Part shown: one piece after another, positions 38,433-49,047 of the stretch
How the letters are laid out: each line of letters begins with the position of its first letter
How positions within the stretch are numbered: the stretch's first letter is position 1
Origin: an uncultured delta proteobacterium
Lineage (GTDB): Bacteria; Myxococcota; UBA727; VGSZ01
Reading direction: 5' to 3'
Assembly: GCA_963775425.1 (NCBI GenBank)
Contig: CAVZJB010000005.1
Location: 608,001-672,000, forward strand
Length of the DNA stretch: 64,000 bases
Notes under the pieces: generated by a model
Told to the model about the DNA's origin: nothing
Seen by the model: only the letters and a program-made list of their open reading frames with translations
Database searches by the model: none
Program-made: the position numbers and the translations under genes

Positions 38433-40052
38433 TCAGGGCGGCGGGCCGCCGAAGCGGACGCCCTCTCCCTCGAGGGCTGCCTTCAGGCGCGTGGCGCGGC
38501 CGCGGCCGTCGATGCCGGGGAAGGCGAGCAACGAGGCCGCGAGCTTTTCGACGGCGACGCGGGCCTTGTCGCGGTCGTCGCAATACCAGCTCCACGGCAG
38601 CACCTGATCGAGCGTCTCGTTGAGCTCGTCGCCGAGCACCTTCTTCAGGCACGCCGGCCCCTTGCCCCACACCGGCCGCGCCGCGTCGAGGGCCGCGGCG
38701 AGCTCCTCGGGCGCGAAGCAGCCCTGGTCGTCGGTGACCTGCCGGATCCCCGCCGTGAAGCCTGGACCCACAATCGGCCCCGCCGCCGCCAGGAACGCGC
38801 GGGTGTCGGCGCCCTTGGCGAGGGCGGCGAGCTGCGTGTCGCTGCGGTCGAGGTGGAACAGCTCGCCGTCGCCGAGGGCGAGGCCCGGCAGCGCGTCGGC
38901 GAGCGCCTCGACGGCCTTCTCGTACGCGTCGAGCTTCGCCGTGTCGCCGAGCACGGCGGAGCGCTGCGCGTCCAGCGGATCCTCGGAGGCGTCGGCGACG
39001 ACGTCGGCCTCGGCGCGCAGCGCACACAGCTTGTCGTCGCTCGTGAGCTTCCGGGCGTGGGACCGGTATGCGACGAGCGCGTCGACGACCCTCTTCGGCA
39101 GGTCGAGCTGCGCGCCGAGCGCGCGGATGTCGGCGGCGTGCCTCGCTGCGCCGGCCGGGGCCGCGCGCTCCTTCACCACGGCGCCGAGCGCGTCGAGCGC
39201 CGCCGCCGCCTTCGTCCGCGCCGCCGACGCGGGCAGGGCCGCCACCGCGGCGCGCGCCTTGTCGACGAGCGGGCCGACGTCGTCCAGCGGCAGGTCCGCG
39301 TTCCCGCCGATGTCGTCGACGAGCCACGTGGCGGTGCCGGCGATATGCGCGAGGGCCGCGCCCGCGTGCGGCCCCTGCGGGTGCGCGCGCAGGTAACGGA
39401 CCTCGAGCCGCACCATCCAGTCCATGTGGCAGCCGGCGTTGGTCTCGCACTCGCCGTCGCGCCCGTGCTCGACGAGGAACCACATCGCGGGCTCGGAGAC
39501 GGGCGTGTCGCGCGCGTCGTCGACGAGCTTGAGGATGGGGGCCCGGCGGAGGCGCTTGCCCTGGCTCGGGTCGTCGTAGATGCGCTTGTCGCCCGCGAAG
39601 ACGGCGGCGTGTTTGTCGAGGAGGCGGAGCTCGTCGAGGCGCGCGGCGAGGCGCAGGTTGCGGTCGGCGGTGCCGTCGATCTGGCGGCGGATGAGGCCGT
39701 CGAGCTCGTAGAGGTCGGCGCGCTCGGCGTCGTCGAGGGCGCCCATGCGCTTGTCGATGAGCGCCTGGAGCTGGGCGTCCCCGTCGTCGGCGACGGGCGC
39801 CGTCAGCGGCTCGAAGGCCCAGCCGACGCGATCGCCCGCGCGCACCTTGCAGAACGCGCCGTGGGTGCCGCCGACATCGACGTCGGGGCTGCGCTCCCCG
39901 CACTCGATGACGGTGCCGAGGGGGACGCGCAGCACCACCGCCGACGACGCGTTGGGCTCCGCGTGCAGGCGCAGGCCCGTGACGGTGACGAGGCGGAGGT
40001 CGCCGCCGACGGCGGACGCGACGAGCAAGGGGAGGAGCAGCGCGCGCAGCAT
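38433..40052 (-). CDS. Exported protein with N-terminal bacterial SH3-like domain
   Basis: Signal peptide. TGLRLHAEPNASSAVVLRVPLGT...KVRAGDRVGWAF. TACCTT lies 7 nt before ATG 40052. Confidence 0.6.
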   Translation of the reverse strand: MLRALLLPLLVASAVGGDLRLVTVTGLRLHAEPNASSAVVLRVPLGTVIECGERSPDVDVGGTHGAFCKVRAGDRVGWAFEPLTAPVADDGDAQLQALIDKRMGALDDAERADLYELDGLIRRQIDGTADRNLRLAARLDELRLLDKHAAVFAGDKRIYDDPSQGKRLRRAPILKLVDDARDTPVSEPAMWFLVEHGRDGECETNAGCHMDWMVRLEVRYLRAHPQGPHAGAALAHIAGTATWLVDDIGGNADLPLDDVGPLVDKARAAVAALPASAARTKAAAALDALGAVVKERAAPAGAARHAADIRALGAQLDLPKRVVDALVAYRSHARKLTSDDKLCALRAEADVVADASEDPLDAQRSAVLGDTAKLDAYEKAVEALADALPGLALGDGELFHLDRSDTQLAALAKGADTRAFLAAAGPIVGPGFTAGIRQVTDDQGCFAPEELAAALDAARPVWGKGPACLKKVLGDELNETLDQVLPWSWYCDDRDKARVAVEKLAASLLAFPGIDGRGRATRLKAALEGEGVRFGGPPP

Positions 40053-40206
40053 GGCGACCAAGGTACCTCTCCGCGGGCGACGGGGGCTCACGGATCCTGC
40101 CGAGGTCCGCCGCCCGCTTCTCGCCGGTCGACAGGGAGCGAGCGCGGTTTTTTACCCCGCGGAGGCATCTCCCACGCGCTCGAGCATCGCGCGGACGAGA
40201 TCGCCG

Positions 40207-41574
40207 TCAGGCGCGCTCGAGGAAGAACAGGGTCTCGACCTCGGGCGTGGCGGGGAACAGGTCGAGGGGCTCCACCGCGAGGAGGCGGTAGCCGGCGTCG
40301 ACGAACGCGCGGGCGTCGCGGGCGCCGGCGTCGGGGTCGCAGGCGACGAGGACGACGCGGCGGGCGCCGAGGGCGGCGAGGCCGGCGGCGGCGTCTTTGA
40401 GGCCGGCCTTGGGCGGGTCCGCGACCAGGCCCGCGAGCGGCCCCCGGGCGCGCAGGGCGGGGAGCGCGTCCTCGACGCTGCGGGCCACGACGTCGATGGA
40501 CGACAGCGCCCGCAGCGCCTCCACCCCGGCGGGCGCGCGCTCGACGGCGACGACCCCCGCGGCGCCGGCCGCGAGGAGGGCGCGCGCGAAGCCGCCGGCG
40601 CCCGCGTAGAGGTCGGCGAAGGTGGCCTCGCTCGCGCCCGCCGGGGCGGCGGTGAGGAAGGCGGCGGCGCGGGCGGTCATGTGCGCGGCGAGCGCGGGGT
40701 CGGCCTGGCAGAAGGCGTCGACGGACGCAGGCGGGCCGCCCTCGAGGGGCGTCAGCGCGCGCGGTCCGGCGACGCGCTCGACGGCGCCGCCGACGATGCT
40801 GTTGCCCCGGCCCTCGTCCACGCGCAGGGCCAACGACAGGACGACGCCGCCGGGGGCGGCCCCGTCGCCGGCCGACCCCGAAGGTGCGACGAGCGCCGCC
40901 AGCGTCGCCCAGGTCGCGTCGTCCACGGGAGCGCCCGTGACGACGACGACGCCGGCCCCCTCGACGAAGGCGCGCGCGATCACGGCCTTCACGCCGCGCG
41001 GGTCCGTCGACGCGGGCGCCACGCCGGCGCGGTCGAGCGCCCGGGTGACGGCGCCGAGCGCGGCCGTGATGCGCGGGTCCTGGTGGGGGCAGCGCGCGGC
41101 GTCCTCGAGGTCGTGCGAGTGGGGCACGTACATGCCGAGCACGACGCGGCCGGCCGCGCCGCCGGCGGTGAGCTTGACCTTCTGGCGCCGCGCGCGCGCG
41201 GGCTCGACGTCGCCGACGTCGATGGCGCCCTCGGAGCGCTCGACGAGGCCGGCGTCCTCGAGCGCCTGCACCACGCGCTGGCGTTTCAGCGCGCGCACGA
41301 AGCCGGGGTCGGCGCCCTCGAGGGGGCAGCCGGCGCAAGGCGCGGGGTGGGGGCAGGCGCGCTCCCCGTGCAGCGGCCCGCGCCAGACGAAGTCGTCGGC
41401 GCGCGCCTGCGCGAGCCCCCGCGCCGCAAAGACGCGCTCGACAATCGCGCGCACGCGATCGCCGGGGAGCGCGCCGCGCACGGCGACGTCGAGGCCGCCC
41501 ACCACGGCGCGGCCGCGGCCCTCGTCGTCGACGCCGTCGACGACGACGTCCATGACCTGGCCGGGCGTCACCAC
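40207..41574 (-). CDS. TRAM-domain RNA m5U methyltransferase (RlmD/TrmA family)
   Basis: GALPGDRV TRAM, CPHPAPCAGC Fe-S motif, AFCQ, DLYAGAGGF, DPPKAG, VACDP, DLFPAT.EVE. Confidence 0.85.
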   Translation of the reverse strand: MVTPGQVMDVVVDGVDDEGRGRAVVGGLDVAVRGALPGDRVRAIVERVFAARGLAQARADDFVWRGPLHGERACPHPAPCAGCPLEGADPGFVRALKRQRVVQALEDAGLVERSEGAIDVGDVEPARARRQKVKLTAGGAAGRVVLGMYVPHSHDLEDAARCPHQDPRITAALGAVTRALDRAGVAPASTDPRGVKAVIARAFVEGAGVVVVTGAPVDDATWATLAALVAPSGSAGDGAAPGGVVLSLALRVDEGRGNSIVGGAVERVAGPRALTPLEGGPPASVDAFCQADPALAAHMTARAAAFLTAAPAGASEATFADLYAGAGGFARALLAAGAAGVVAVERAPAGVEALRALSSIDVVARSVEDALPALRARGPLAGLVADPPKAGLKDAAAGLAALGARRVVLVACDPDAGARDARAFVDAGYRLLAVEPLDLFPATPEVETLFFLERA

Positions 41575-41629
41575 CGCCCCGCTGTGGCGAAGGCGTTCGG
41601 GCCGAGGCCGGCGGCGCCACGACGCGCGG

Positions 41630-42055
41630 TCATGGGCCGAGGCCGACCCAGGTGACGCCGTCCTTGCCGTGCTCCCGCTTCCAGATCGGCGCGTCTTCCT
41701 TCAGCCGATCGATCAGCACCTCGCACGCACGGAACGCTTCTTTGCGGTGCGGCGCGCTGGCCGCGACCACCACGGCGAGGTCGCCGACGGTGAGCGCGCC
41801 CACGCGGTGCTGCACCGAGACCTTCGCCCCGGCAAAGCGCGCGACGGTCTCCTCGGCGATCTTCGTGATGACCCTGGTCGCCATCTCGGCGTACGCCTCG
41901 TACTCGAGCTTGTCGACGCTGACGACGTCGCCGTCCTTCAGCGTGTGGTCGCGCACGCAGCCGAGCATCACGACGACGGCGCCGGCGCCCGGGTGCTTGA
42001 CGAACGCGACGGCGGCGTCGACGGAGAGCGGCTGGTCCTGCACCGACACATGCAT
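41630..42055 (-). CDS. moaE: Molybdopterin synthase catalytic subunit
   Basis: GAVVVMLGCVR, LEYEAYAEMA, HRVGAL.VG, SAPHRKEAF, LKEDAPIWKRE. Confidence 0.95.
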   Translation of the reverse strand: MHVSVQDQPLSVDAAVAFVKHPGAGAVVVMLGCVRDHTLKDGDVVSVDKLEYEAYAEMATRVITKIAEETVARFAGAKVSVQHRVGALTVGDLAVVVAASAPHRKEAFRACEVLIDRLKEDAPIWKREHGKDGVTWVGLGP

Positions 42056-42060
42056 CTCGA

Positions 42061-42297
42061 TCAACCTCCGGCCACGGGCGGGATGAGCGCCACCTCGGCG
42101 CCCTCGGGCACCGCGTCCCCCGGCAGCGCGAACGCCTGGTTTACGGCCACGCGGCACCGCGGCACGAGGTCGGCCAGGACCGGGTGCCGCGCCACGATGG
42201 CGGCGACGACGTCGGCCACGGTGCCCGACGCCGGGACCTCGTCGGACGAAAGGCCCACCCGCTCCCGACACGCGGCGAAGTAGAGCACCCGCACCAT
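42061..42297 (-). CDS. moaD: Molybdopterin synthase sulfur carrier subunit
   Basis: MVRVLYFAACRE...VAVNQ...EVALIPPVAGG with C-terminal GG. Confidence 0.93.
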   Translation of the reverse strand: MVRVLYFAACRERVGLSSDEVPASGTVADVVAAIVARHPVLADLVPRCRVAVNQAFALPGDAVPEGAEVALIPPVAGG

Positions 42298-42321
42298 GGG
42301 GTCCCCATACCGAGCGCGCCG

Positions 42322-42350
42322 TTGACCGTCCACGGAGTCACCGCTAGGCA
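42322..42350 (+). promoter_or_regulatory. sigma70-type promoter of the fab operon (likely leaderless fabD)
   Basis: TTGACC-N17-TAGGCA, 7 nt before ATG 42358. Confidence 0.45.
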
Positions 42351-42357
42351 CGGCGCC

Positions 42358-43293
42358 ATGCGCATCGCATTTCTCTTCCCGGGGCAGGGCAGCCAGGCCG
42401 TGGGCATGGGCAAGGCCCTCGCCGAAACGAGCGCCGCCGCGCGCCGCGTCTTCGAGGAGGCCGACGAGGCCCTCGGCGAGAAGCTCTCGCAGACCATCTT
42501 CGAGGGCCCGGCCGATGAGCTGAAGCGCACCCGCACCACCCAGCCCGCCATCCTCACGACGTCCATCGCCTGCCTGCGCGCCCTCGAGGAGCGCGCCCCC
42601 GGCTTCAGCCCGGTCTACGTCGCCGGCCACTCCCTCGGGGAGCTCAGCGCGCTCGTGGGCGCCGGCGCCATGTCGCTCGCCGACGCCGTCAAGGCCGTCC
42701 GCGCCCGCGGCACCTTCATGCAGGAGGCCGTGCCCGAGGGGCAGGGGGCCATGGCCGCCGTGCTCGGCCTCGACGCCGCCCGCATCGGCGAGGTGCTCGA
42801 CGGGGTCGACGGCGCGTGGGTCGCCAACTTCAACGGCGCCGAGCAGACCGTCATCGCGGGCACCCAGGCCGGCGTCGACGCCGCCGGCGCCGCCCTCAAG
42901 GCCGCCGGCGCCCGCCGGGTGCTGCCGCTGCCGGTGAGCGCCCCGTTCCACAGCCCGCTGATGGAGCCGGTGAAGCCGCGCCTCGCCGAGGTCCTGTCCG
43001 GCGTCGCCTTCGCGGCGCCCAAGGTCCCCGTCGTCACCAACGTCGAGGCCAAGCCCAACGCCGACGCCTCGCGCATCCAGGAGCTGCTCGTGCAGCAGGT
43101 GACGGCGCCCGTGCGCTTCACCGAGATCGCGCGCTTCCTCCTCGACGACGCCGTCGAGGGTTTCGTCGAGGTCGGCCCCGGCAAGGTGCTCACCGGCATC
43201 GTCAAGCGGATGGCGCCGAAGGACGGCGGGCCGAGGCTCGGCAACGTCGAGGACGACAAGTCGCTCGAAGAGGTGCTGTCGTGGATGAGCTGA
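42358..43293 (+). CDS. fabD: Malonyl-CoA:ACP transacylase
   Basis: FLFPGQGSQ, TQPAI, GHSLGE, VSAPFHS, EVGPGKVL. Confidence 0.96.
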   Translation: MRIAFLFPGQGSQAVGMGKALAETSAAARRVFEEADEALGEKLSQTIFEGPADELKRTRTTQPAILTTSIACLRALEERAPGFSPVYVAGHSLGELSALVGAGAMSLADAVKAVRARGTFMQEAVPEGQGAMAAVLGLDAARIGEVLDGVDGAWVANFNGAEQTVIAGTQAGVDAAGAALKAAGARRVLPLPVSAPFHSPLMEPVKPRLAEVLSGVAFAAPKVPVVTNVEAKPNADASRIQELLVQQVTAPVRFTEIARFLLDDAVEGFVEVGPGKVLTGIVKRMAPKDGGPRLGNVEDDKSLEEVLSWMS

Positions 43294-44018
43294 AGGACAA
43301 GATCGCCGTCGTCACCGGCGCCTCCCGCGGCATCGGCCGCGCCGTCGCCGTCGCCCTCGCCAAGGAGGGCGCGCGCGTGGTCGTCAACTACGCCGGCAAC
43401 GAGGCCGCGGCCAACGAGACGGCCAAGCTGTGCGGCGACGGCGCCGTGGTCATGAAGTTCGACGTCTCCAAGCGCGACGAGGTCGACGCGGCGTTCGACG
43501 AGGTCAAGCAGAAGCTCGGCGGGCTCCACGTGCTGGTCAACAACGCGGGCATCTCCAAGGACGGCCTGCTCCTGCGCTTCAAGGACGACGACTGGGCGCA
43601 GACGCTCGCCACCAACCTCACGGGCGCGTTCCAGTGCGCCCGCGCCGGCGCCCGCATGATGACCAAGCAGCGCTGGGGACGGATCATCAACATCTCGTCG
43701 GTGGTGGGCCAAAGCGGCAACGCCGGCCAGGTGGCGTACGCGTCGGCCAAGGCGGGCCTCCTCGGGCTCACCAAGACCCTCGCCCAGGAGCTCGCGTCGC
43801 GGAGCGTCACGGTGAACGCGGTCACCCCCGGCTTCATCGACACCGACATGACGGCCGCGCTCAACGAACAGCAGCGCGCCGCCATCCTCGAGCAGATCCC
43901 GCTCAGGTTCATCGGGGCCGCCGAAGACGTCGCCCACGCCGTCGCGTACCTCGCCTCTGACAAGGCGCGTTACGTCACCGGCCATGTGCTCGCCGTGAAC
44001 GGCGGCATGTACATGTGA
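43281..44018 (+). CDS. fabG: 3-oxoacyl-ACP reductase
   Basis: [28 protein letters not shown]. Sits between fabD and acpP. Confidence 0.96.
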   Translation: MDELKDKIAVVTGASRGIGRAVAVALAKEGARVVVNYAGNEAAANETAKLCGDGAVVMKFDVSKRDEVDAAFDEVKQKLGGLHVLVNNAGISKDGLLLRFKDDDWAQTLATNLTGAFQCARAGARMMTKQRWGRIINISSVVGQSGNAGQVAYASAKAGLLGLTKTLAQELASRSVTVNAVTPGFIDTDMTAALNEQQRAAILEQIPLRFIGAAEDVAHAVAYLASDKARYVTGHVLAVNGGMYM

Positions 44019-44079
44019 CGGTTCCGATTGTCTCGCCGACGAAACCCGGCTAACCGCACCCGCATCTTCCGGAGACACC

Positions 44080-44310
44080 ATGTCGATCGAAGCCCGCGTT
44101 CGCTCCATCATCGCCGACCAGCTCGGCATCACCGAGGACGAGATCAAGCCCGAGAGCAAGTTCATCGAGGATCTCGGCGCTGACTCCCTCGACATCGTCG
44201 AGCTCATCATGGCGATGGAGGAGGAGTTCCAGACCGAGATCCCCGACGAGGAAGCGGAGAAGATCCGTTCCGTCGGCGACGCGATCGAGTACGTCAAGTC
44301 GCACTCGTGA
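44080..44310 (+). CDS. acpP: Acyl carrier protein
   Basis: [30 protein letters not shown]. Confidence 0.97.
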   Translation: MSIEARVRSIIADQLGITEDEIKPESKFIEDLGADSLDIVELIMAMEEEFQTEIPDEEAEKIRSVGDAIEYVKSHS

Positions 44311-44320
44311 GGAGCCTCGA

Positions 44321-45604
44321 ATGACGCGCAGGGTGGTGGTGACGGGCGTCGGCATGACGACGCCGCTCGGTGTGACCACGCAAGAGAGCTGGGACGGTCT
44401 CGTCGCCGGCAAGAGCGGGGTGCGCACCAAGGCGGAGTGGGTGGACGCCGAGTTCGGCGGCCACAAGCTCCCCGTCACCATCGCCGGCGAGGTCCTCGGC
44501 TTCGACCCGGAGCCGTGGCTCGAGCAGAAGAAGGATGCCAAGCGGATGGACCGCTTCATCCAGCTCGCCATGTGCGCCGGCCACCAGGCCTGGACCATGG
44601 CCGGCCTGCCCCACAAGCTCGACGACGCCACCGGCAACCGCGCCGGCTCCATCGTCGGCGTCGGCCTCGGCGGCCTCGGCACCATCTTGTCGGCCTACGA
44701 CAACTTCAAGGAGCGGGGCCCGCGCCGCGTCAGCGCCTTCTTCATCCCGGCCATCATCGCCAACCTGGTGCCCGGCAACATGGCCATCCGCTACGGCCTG
44801 CGCAACGCCAACTGGGCGCCGGCCTCGGCGTGCTCGTCGGGCAACCACGGCATCGGCGAAGCGTTCATGCACATCCGCGACGACCGTGCAGACCTCATGG
44901 TCTGCGGCGGCGCGGAGAGCGCGCTCGAGCCGTTGGCGGTGGCGGGCTTCGCGTCCATGCACGCGCTCTGCACCTCGAAGAACGCGGACCCGGCGGGAGC
45001 CTCGCGCCCCTTCGACAAGTCGCGCGACGGCTTCGTCATGGGCGAGGGCGCGGGCATCATGGTCCTCGAGGAGCTCGAGCACGCCAAGAAGCGCGGCGCC
45101 CGCATCATCTGCGAGCTCGCCGGCTACGGCAGCTCCGACGACGCCAACCACATCACCGCTCCCGCGCCCGAGGGCGAGGGCGCGCAGCGCGCCATCCGCG
45201 ACGCGCTCGCCATGGGCCAGGTGAACCCCGGCGCCATCGGCTACGTCAACGCCCACGGCACCTCCACGCAGTACAACGACAAGAGCGAGAGCGACGCGCT
45301 CAGGGCCGTCTTCGGCGCGCACACCAAGGCCGGGCCGGGCAAGGGGCTGGCGGTGTCGTCCACCAAGTCGATGATCGGCCACCTGCTCGGCGCCGCCGGC
45401 GGCGTCGAGGGCGTCATCGCGGCGCTCGCCATCGAGCGCGGCGTGCTCCCGCCGACCATCAACTACCACGAGCCCGATCCGGACTGCGATCTCGACTACA
45501 TCCCCAACCAGGCACGCGAGCAGCGGGTCGACGCCGCCATCTCCAACTCGTTCGGCTTCGGCGGCACCAACGCGGTCTTGCTCTTCAAACGTTTCTCCGG
45601 CTGA
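44321..45604 (+). CDS. fabF: 3-oxoacyl-ACP synthase II
   Basis: RRVVVTG, SACSSG, NAHGTST, KSMIGHLLGAAG, SNSFGFGGTN. Confidence 0.97.
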   Translation: MTRRVVVTGVGMTTPLGVTTQESWDGLVAGKSGVRTKAEWVDAEFGGHKLPVTIAGEVLGFDPEPWLEQKKDAKRMDRFIQLAMCAGHQAWTMAGLPHKLDDATGNRAGSIVGVGLGGLGTILSAYDNFKERGPRRVSAFFIPAIIANLVPGNMAIRYGLRNANWAPASACSSGNHGIGEAFMHIRDDRADLMVCGGAESALEPLAVAGFASMHALCTSKNADPAGASRPFDKSRDGFVMGEGAGIMVLEELEHAKKRGARIICELAGYGSSDDANHITAPAPEGEGAQRAIRDALAMGQVNPGAIGYVNAHGTSTQYNDKSESDALRAVFGAHTKAGPGKGLAVSSTKSMIGHLLGAAGGVEGVIAALAIERGVLPPTINYHEPDPDCDLDYIPNQAREQRVDAAISNSFGFGGTNAVLLFKRFSG

Positions 45605-45681
45605 GCGCGCCTCCGCAGGCGGTCCGCCGCCTGCCGCGCAGCGATTGAACGTCGACGAGCGGGTCAGGGTATGCTCGCCCG

Positions 45682-47496
45682 GTGGCAGACCCCCACGTCC
45701 TGTTCTGCGCCTTCGCCGAGGTGCCGGGCGCGTCCGCGGCCGGGACGCGAATGGGGCAGTGGCTGAGCGTCTTCGGCAACCGCGAGGTGGACGCGCTCTC
45801 CCTGAAGGGCCGCGAGGCCGCGCACATCCAACGGCTCGGCGGCGCGCGCATGATGCGCGTGCCCAACACGTCGGGGAAGCCGTTCCTCGAGCGGCTGTCG
45901 ACGTACCAGCGCGCGCTGCAGAGGCAGCTCGCCGGCGACCAATACGATCTCATCTGGTGCGGTGACCTCTTCTCGGGCGCCGTCGTCGCGCAGGCCACCA
46001 AGGACAGGGTGCCCATCGTCGTCGAGATCGCCGAGGTGCCCTCGCAGAGCCTGGGCGGCAAGCAGCTCGTCGCCGAGGACACCGGCGTGGTGCAGAAGCG
46101 CTGGCGCGAGCAGGAGCGGCTGGCGGTGCGCGCGGCCAGCAAGGTGCTGTTGCCGTCGAGGCACGCGGCCAAGCTCCTGTCGGAGCGCGTCGACGCGCGC
46201 ATCTTCCAGGTGGTGCCCCGCTGCGTGGACCGCACGGTGTTCACGCCGCCGTCGGTGGAGATCGACATCGACGACGATCGCCGCGTCCTCGTCTTCGGCG
46301 GCCGCGAGGGCGGACCGGCGTTGCGCGCCGCGGTCGGCATCGCCCACGCGCTGGCCACGCGGCTGCCGGCCAACGTCTCCATCGGCCTGCTCGGGCAGCC
46401 GTCGCTCAACGACGCCGAGGTGCGGGCGGCGCTGCAGAAGAAGAACCTCGCCGACCGCGTCGACCTCGTCGACGCCGACGGCCCCCTCGCCGTCTCCGCC
46501 GCCCTCTCGCTGGCCCACGTCGTCGTGGTGCCGAGCGCAGCCGAGGAGGAGGCGGAGCCCTTCGGCATCCCGCACCGCGCGCTCGAGGCCATGTCCTGCG
46601 GCCGCGCCGTCGTGCTCACCGGCCCCGAGGCCGCCTTTCGCGACGCCGCCACCCCCGGCGAGCACGTCGTCGTCTCGCCGGCCCGCGACCCGCAGCGGGC
46701 GGCGGCCGCCGCCGAGTCGCTCCTCGACGACGACGAGCGCCGCGGCGCGCTCGCCATCGCCGCCTCCCGCCACGTCGAGCGCACCGCGGATCTGGCGGCG
46801 CGGTCCACCGAGGTGGCGCAGATGGTCCTCGAGGCCGCGCGCATCAAGCTGCGCATCCACGCCCCGCGCACCGACGACCCCGACACCTCCTCCAAGTCCG
46901 TCCCGAGCCAGGCCCGGGCCGCGCCGCGCGCGGAGGCGTCGGCGCCGTCGGGGCCGAACCCGCTCGGGCCCGGGGGCACCTCGATCCCCACGGTCCGGAT
47001 GGAGGCGCCCGCCTTCAGCCACGTCGAGAGCGCGGCGTGGGAGGGCGACACCTTCCTCGACGGCGGGCCGGCGCCGCACATGGAGACGTCGCCGGACGCG
47101 GTGCGCGCGGCGATGCTCCTGTCGTCGGACGCGCAGTCCAAGGCGGGGGAGTCGTCGCTGCCGACGGTGCCGCCGGGATCCGTGCAGTCGGTGCCGTCCG
47201 CGGCGTCGGTGCCGACGTCGATCATCGTGCAGGCGGCGCTGGAGTCGCGGTCGTCGTCGTCGGATCCGTGGGCCGCGGACACCATCGCCGACGGGATGCC
47301 GGTGGAGACGCGGGGCGCGGATCCGGCCGTGCTGCACCGGGCGCCGACGTCGGCGTCGAACAGCAGGAAGAGCTTCCTGGTGGACGCGCGGCAGCCCTCG
47401 CGGCCGGAGACGCCCCCGACGGATCTCACCGCGGAGGACGCGGCGCTCTCGGACTCGTCGTCGTCGTCGTCGTCGTCGGACTCCGACGAGGACTGA
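45682..47496 (+). CDS. GT4-like glycosyltransferase with long low-complexity C-terminal tail
   Basis: VVPRCVDRTVF, HVVVVPS...EPFGIPHRALEAMSCGRAVV. About 200-aa Ser/Pro/acidic tail. Confidence 0.75.
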   Translation: MADPHVLFCAFAEVPGASAAGTRMGQWLSVFGNREVDALSLKGREAAHIQRLGGARMMRVPNTSGKPFLERLSTYQRALQRQLAGDQYDLIWCGDLFSGAVVAQATKDRVPIVVEIAEVPSQSLGGKQLVAEDTGVVQKRWREQERLAVRAASKVLLPSRHAAKLLSERVDARIFQVVPRCVDRTVFTPPSVEIDIDDDRRVLVFGGREGGPALRAAVGIAHALATRLPANVSIGLLGQPSLNDAEVRAALQKKNLADRVDLVDADGPLAVSAALSLAHVVVVPSAAEEEAEPFGIPHRALEAMSCGRAVVLTGPEAAFRDAATPGEHVVVSPARDPQRAAAAAESLLDDDERRGALAIAASRHVERTADLAARSTEVAQMVLEAARIKLRIHAPRTDDPDTSSKSVPSQARAAPRAEASAPSGPNPLGPGGTSIPTVRMEAPAFSHVESAAWEGDTFLDGGPAPHMETSPDAVRAAMLLSSDAQSKAGESSLPTVPPGSVQSVPSAASVPTSIIVQAALESRSSSSDPWAADTIADGMPVETRGADPAVLHRAPTSASNSRKSFLVDARQPSRPETPPTDLTAEDAALSDSSSSSSSSDSDED

Positions 47497-47511
47497 TCGG
47501 CGGGGGCGGGC

Positions 47512-48207
47512 TCAACCGGCGAGCGACTCGTCGTCGACGATCTCCACCGGCGTGACGATGCGGACCTCCCCGAGCGGCTCGCCGCCGGACAGATCGACGC
47601 GGGCGGCGTCTTCCACCGCGACGAAGCCGTCCTCGCGCGGGGCGCCGAAGCGCGACACCGGGAACACGCGGGTCTCGCCGGCGCCGGCGACGTCGACGTT
47701 GGCCAGGACGTCGAACGGGGGCAGCAGCGCGGGGCCCGCGGGGGGCAGGCCGACGACGACGCGCGTGGGGGGATCGATCGCCAGGAGCGGGCCGGCGGCC
47801 CCGGGGGTCAGGGCGATCTTCAGGAGCCAGGCGTGGAGATCGAGGAGGGCGGCGCGCGGCAGGTGCGGGGGGATCTCGGCGGGATCGAGCTCACGGCAGG
47901 CTTGCTCGTGCAGGGCGTCCCAGACGGCGATCGGATCTCCGGGGATCGGCCCCACCCAGACGCCGCCGGCGTCGTCGGCCGCGCGCACGAGCGTGGGCAG
48001 CAGATCCCGCGCGGCCGTTGGGGTGCGCAGGAGCGGCAGGTGCAGCCGGAAGACGCCGCCATCGTCGACGAGGAGGCAGGTGGCGCCGGTCTCCGGCCGG
48101 CCGATCTCCTGGGAGGCGGATCCGTCGTCGTCGAGGCCAAGCGACGAAAGAAGACGTTCTCGGCGCAGTGCGCTATTGCGGGGGAACAGGGAGAAGACGA
48201 CGGACAC
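47512..48207 (-). CDS. Hypothetical protein
   Basis: Open frame that fills the gap with plausible codon use. Start uncertain (GTG 48207, or 48339/48354). Confidence 0.5.
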   Translation of the reverse strand: MSVVFSLFPRNSALRRERLLSSLGLDDDGSASQEIGRPETGATCLLVDDGGVFRLHLPLLRTPTAARDLLPTLVRAADDAGGVWVGPIPGDPIAVWDALHEQACRELDPAEIPPHLPRAALLDLHAWLLKIALTPGAAGPLLAIDPPTRVVVGLPPAGPALLPPFDVLANVDVAGAGETRVFPVSRFGAPREDGFVAVEDAARVDLSGGEPLGEVRIVTPVEIVDDESLAG

Positions 48208-48384
48208 GCGGGAACCCTTGGGGAGATCCGGTGTCACACCCGGTAAGCAGGCGGAAGGGTGCTGAGCCCATTTGCCTAGTCGAGCGTGGGTGGTGTAGGA
48301 ACCGGTGTCCGATGTCGACGAAGGCGTCGTCCGAGTCATGAGCAAAGCGGTCACAGGAACAAGCGCCCGCTAAGGAGCAGAGGA

Positions 48385-49047
48385 ATGTTCGAGGCAATCG
48401 CAGAGCACTATCGCGAAGGCAGGCAGATGATGTACGTCATCTCCCTCTTCGAGGGCGTTTCGATCGCCCTGATGATCGAGCGTGTGTACGTCCTGTTCTT
48501 CAAGACGCGCCTGAACAAGGAGGCGGTCCTCGCCGGCCTTCGCGAGCGCATCTTCCGTGGCGACGTGATGGGAGGCATCCGCTTCCTCAGCGATCAGCCC
48601 CAGAGCCCCCTGACCCGCATCCTCAAGGCCGGCCTCCTCGAGGTCCGGCACGGCGAAGAGGAAGTGCAGGCGGCCATGGACGAGGCGGCCATCCACGAGA
48701 TGCCGTACCTCGAGAAGCGCACCGGCTACCTCTCGATGATCTCCAACGCCGCCACGCTGACCGGTCTCCTCGGAACCGTCGTCGGCATGATCCAGGTGTT
48801 CAAGGCCGTCGCCAGCGTGTCCGCGGCGGACAAGTCCACCATGCTGTCGGAAGGCATCGCCGAAGCCATGAACTGCACGGCGTACGGCCTCATCACCGCC
48901 ATCCCGCCCCTCGTGATCTACTCGATCCTCCAGGGCCGCACCCAGTCCCTCAGCGACGACATCAACGGCGCTGTTGCCTCGACCATCAACATGGTCATGC
49001 GCAACAAGGACAAGCTGAACGTGTCCGCGATCGAGGAGCAGGGCTGA
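48385..49047 (+). CDS. aglR: MotA/TolQ/ExbB proton channel (AglR-like)
   Basis: LEKRTGYLSMISNAATLTGLLGTVVGMI, LSEGIAEAMNCTAYGL. Followed by two TolR-like genes. Confidence 0.8.
   Translation: MFEAIAEHYREGRQMMYVISLFEGVSIALMIERVYVLFFKTRLNKEAVLAGLRERIFRGDVMGGIRFLSDQPQSPLTRILKAGLLEVRHGEEEVQAAMDEAAIHEMPYLEKRTGYLSMISNAATLTGLLGTVVGMIQVFKAVASVSAADKSTMLSEGIAEAMNCTAYGLITAIPPLVIYSILQGRTQSLSDDINGAVASTINMVMRNKDKLNVSAIEEQG

Noticed and set aside
42358-45604. fabD-fabG-acpP-fabF as a type II PKS cluster
   Set aside because: Canonical fatty-acid synthesis order and sequences, with no chain-length factor, cyclase or tailoring genes.
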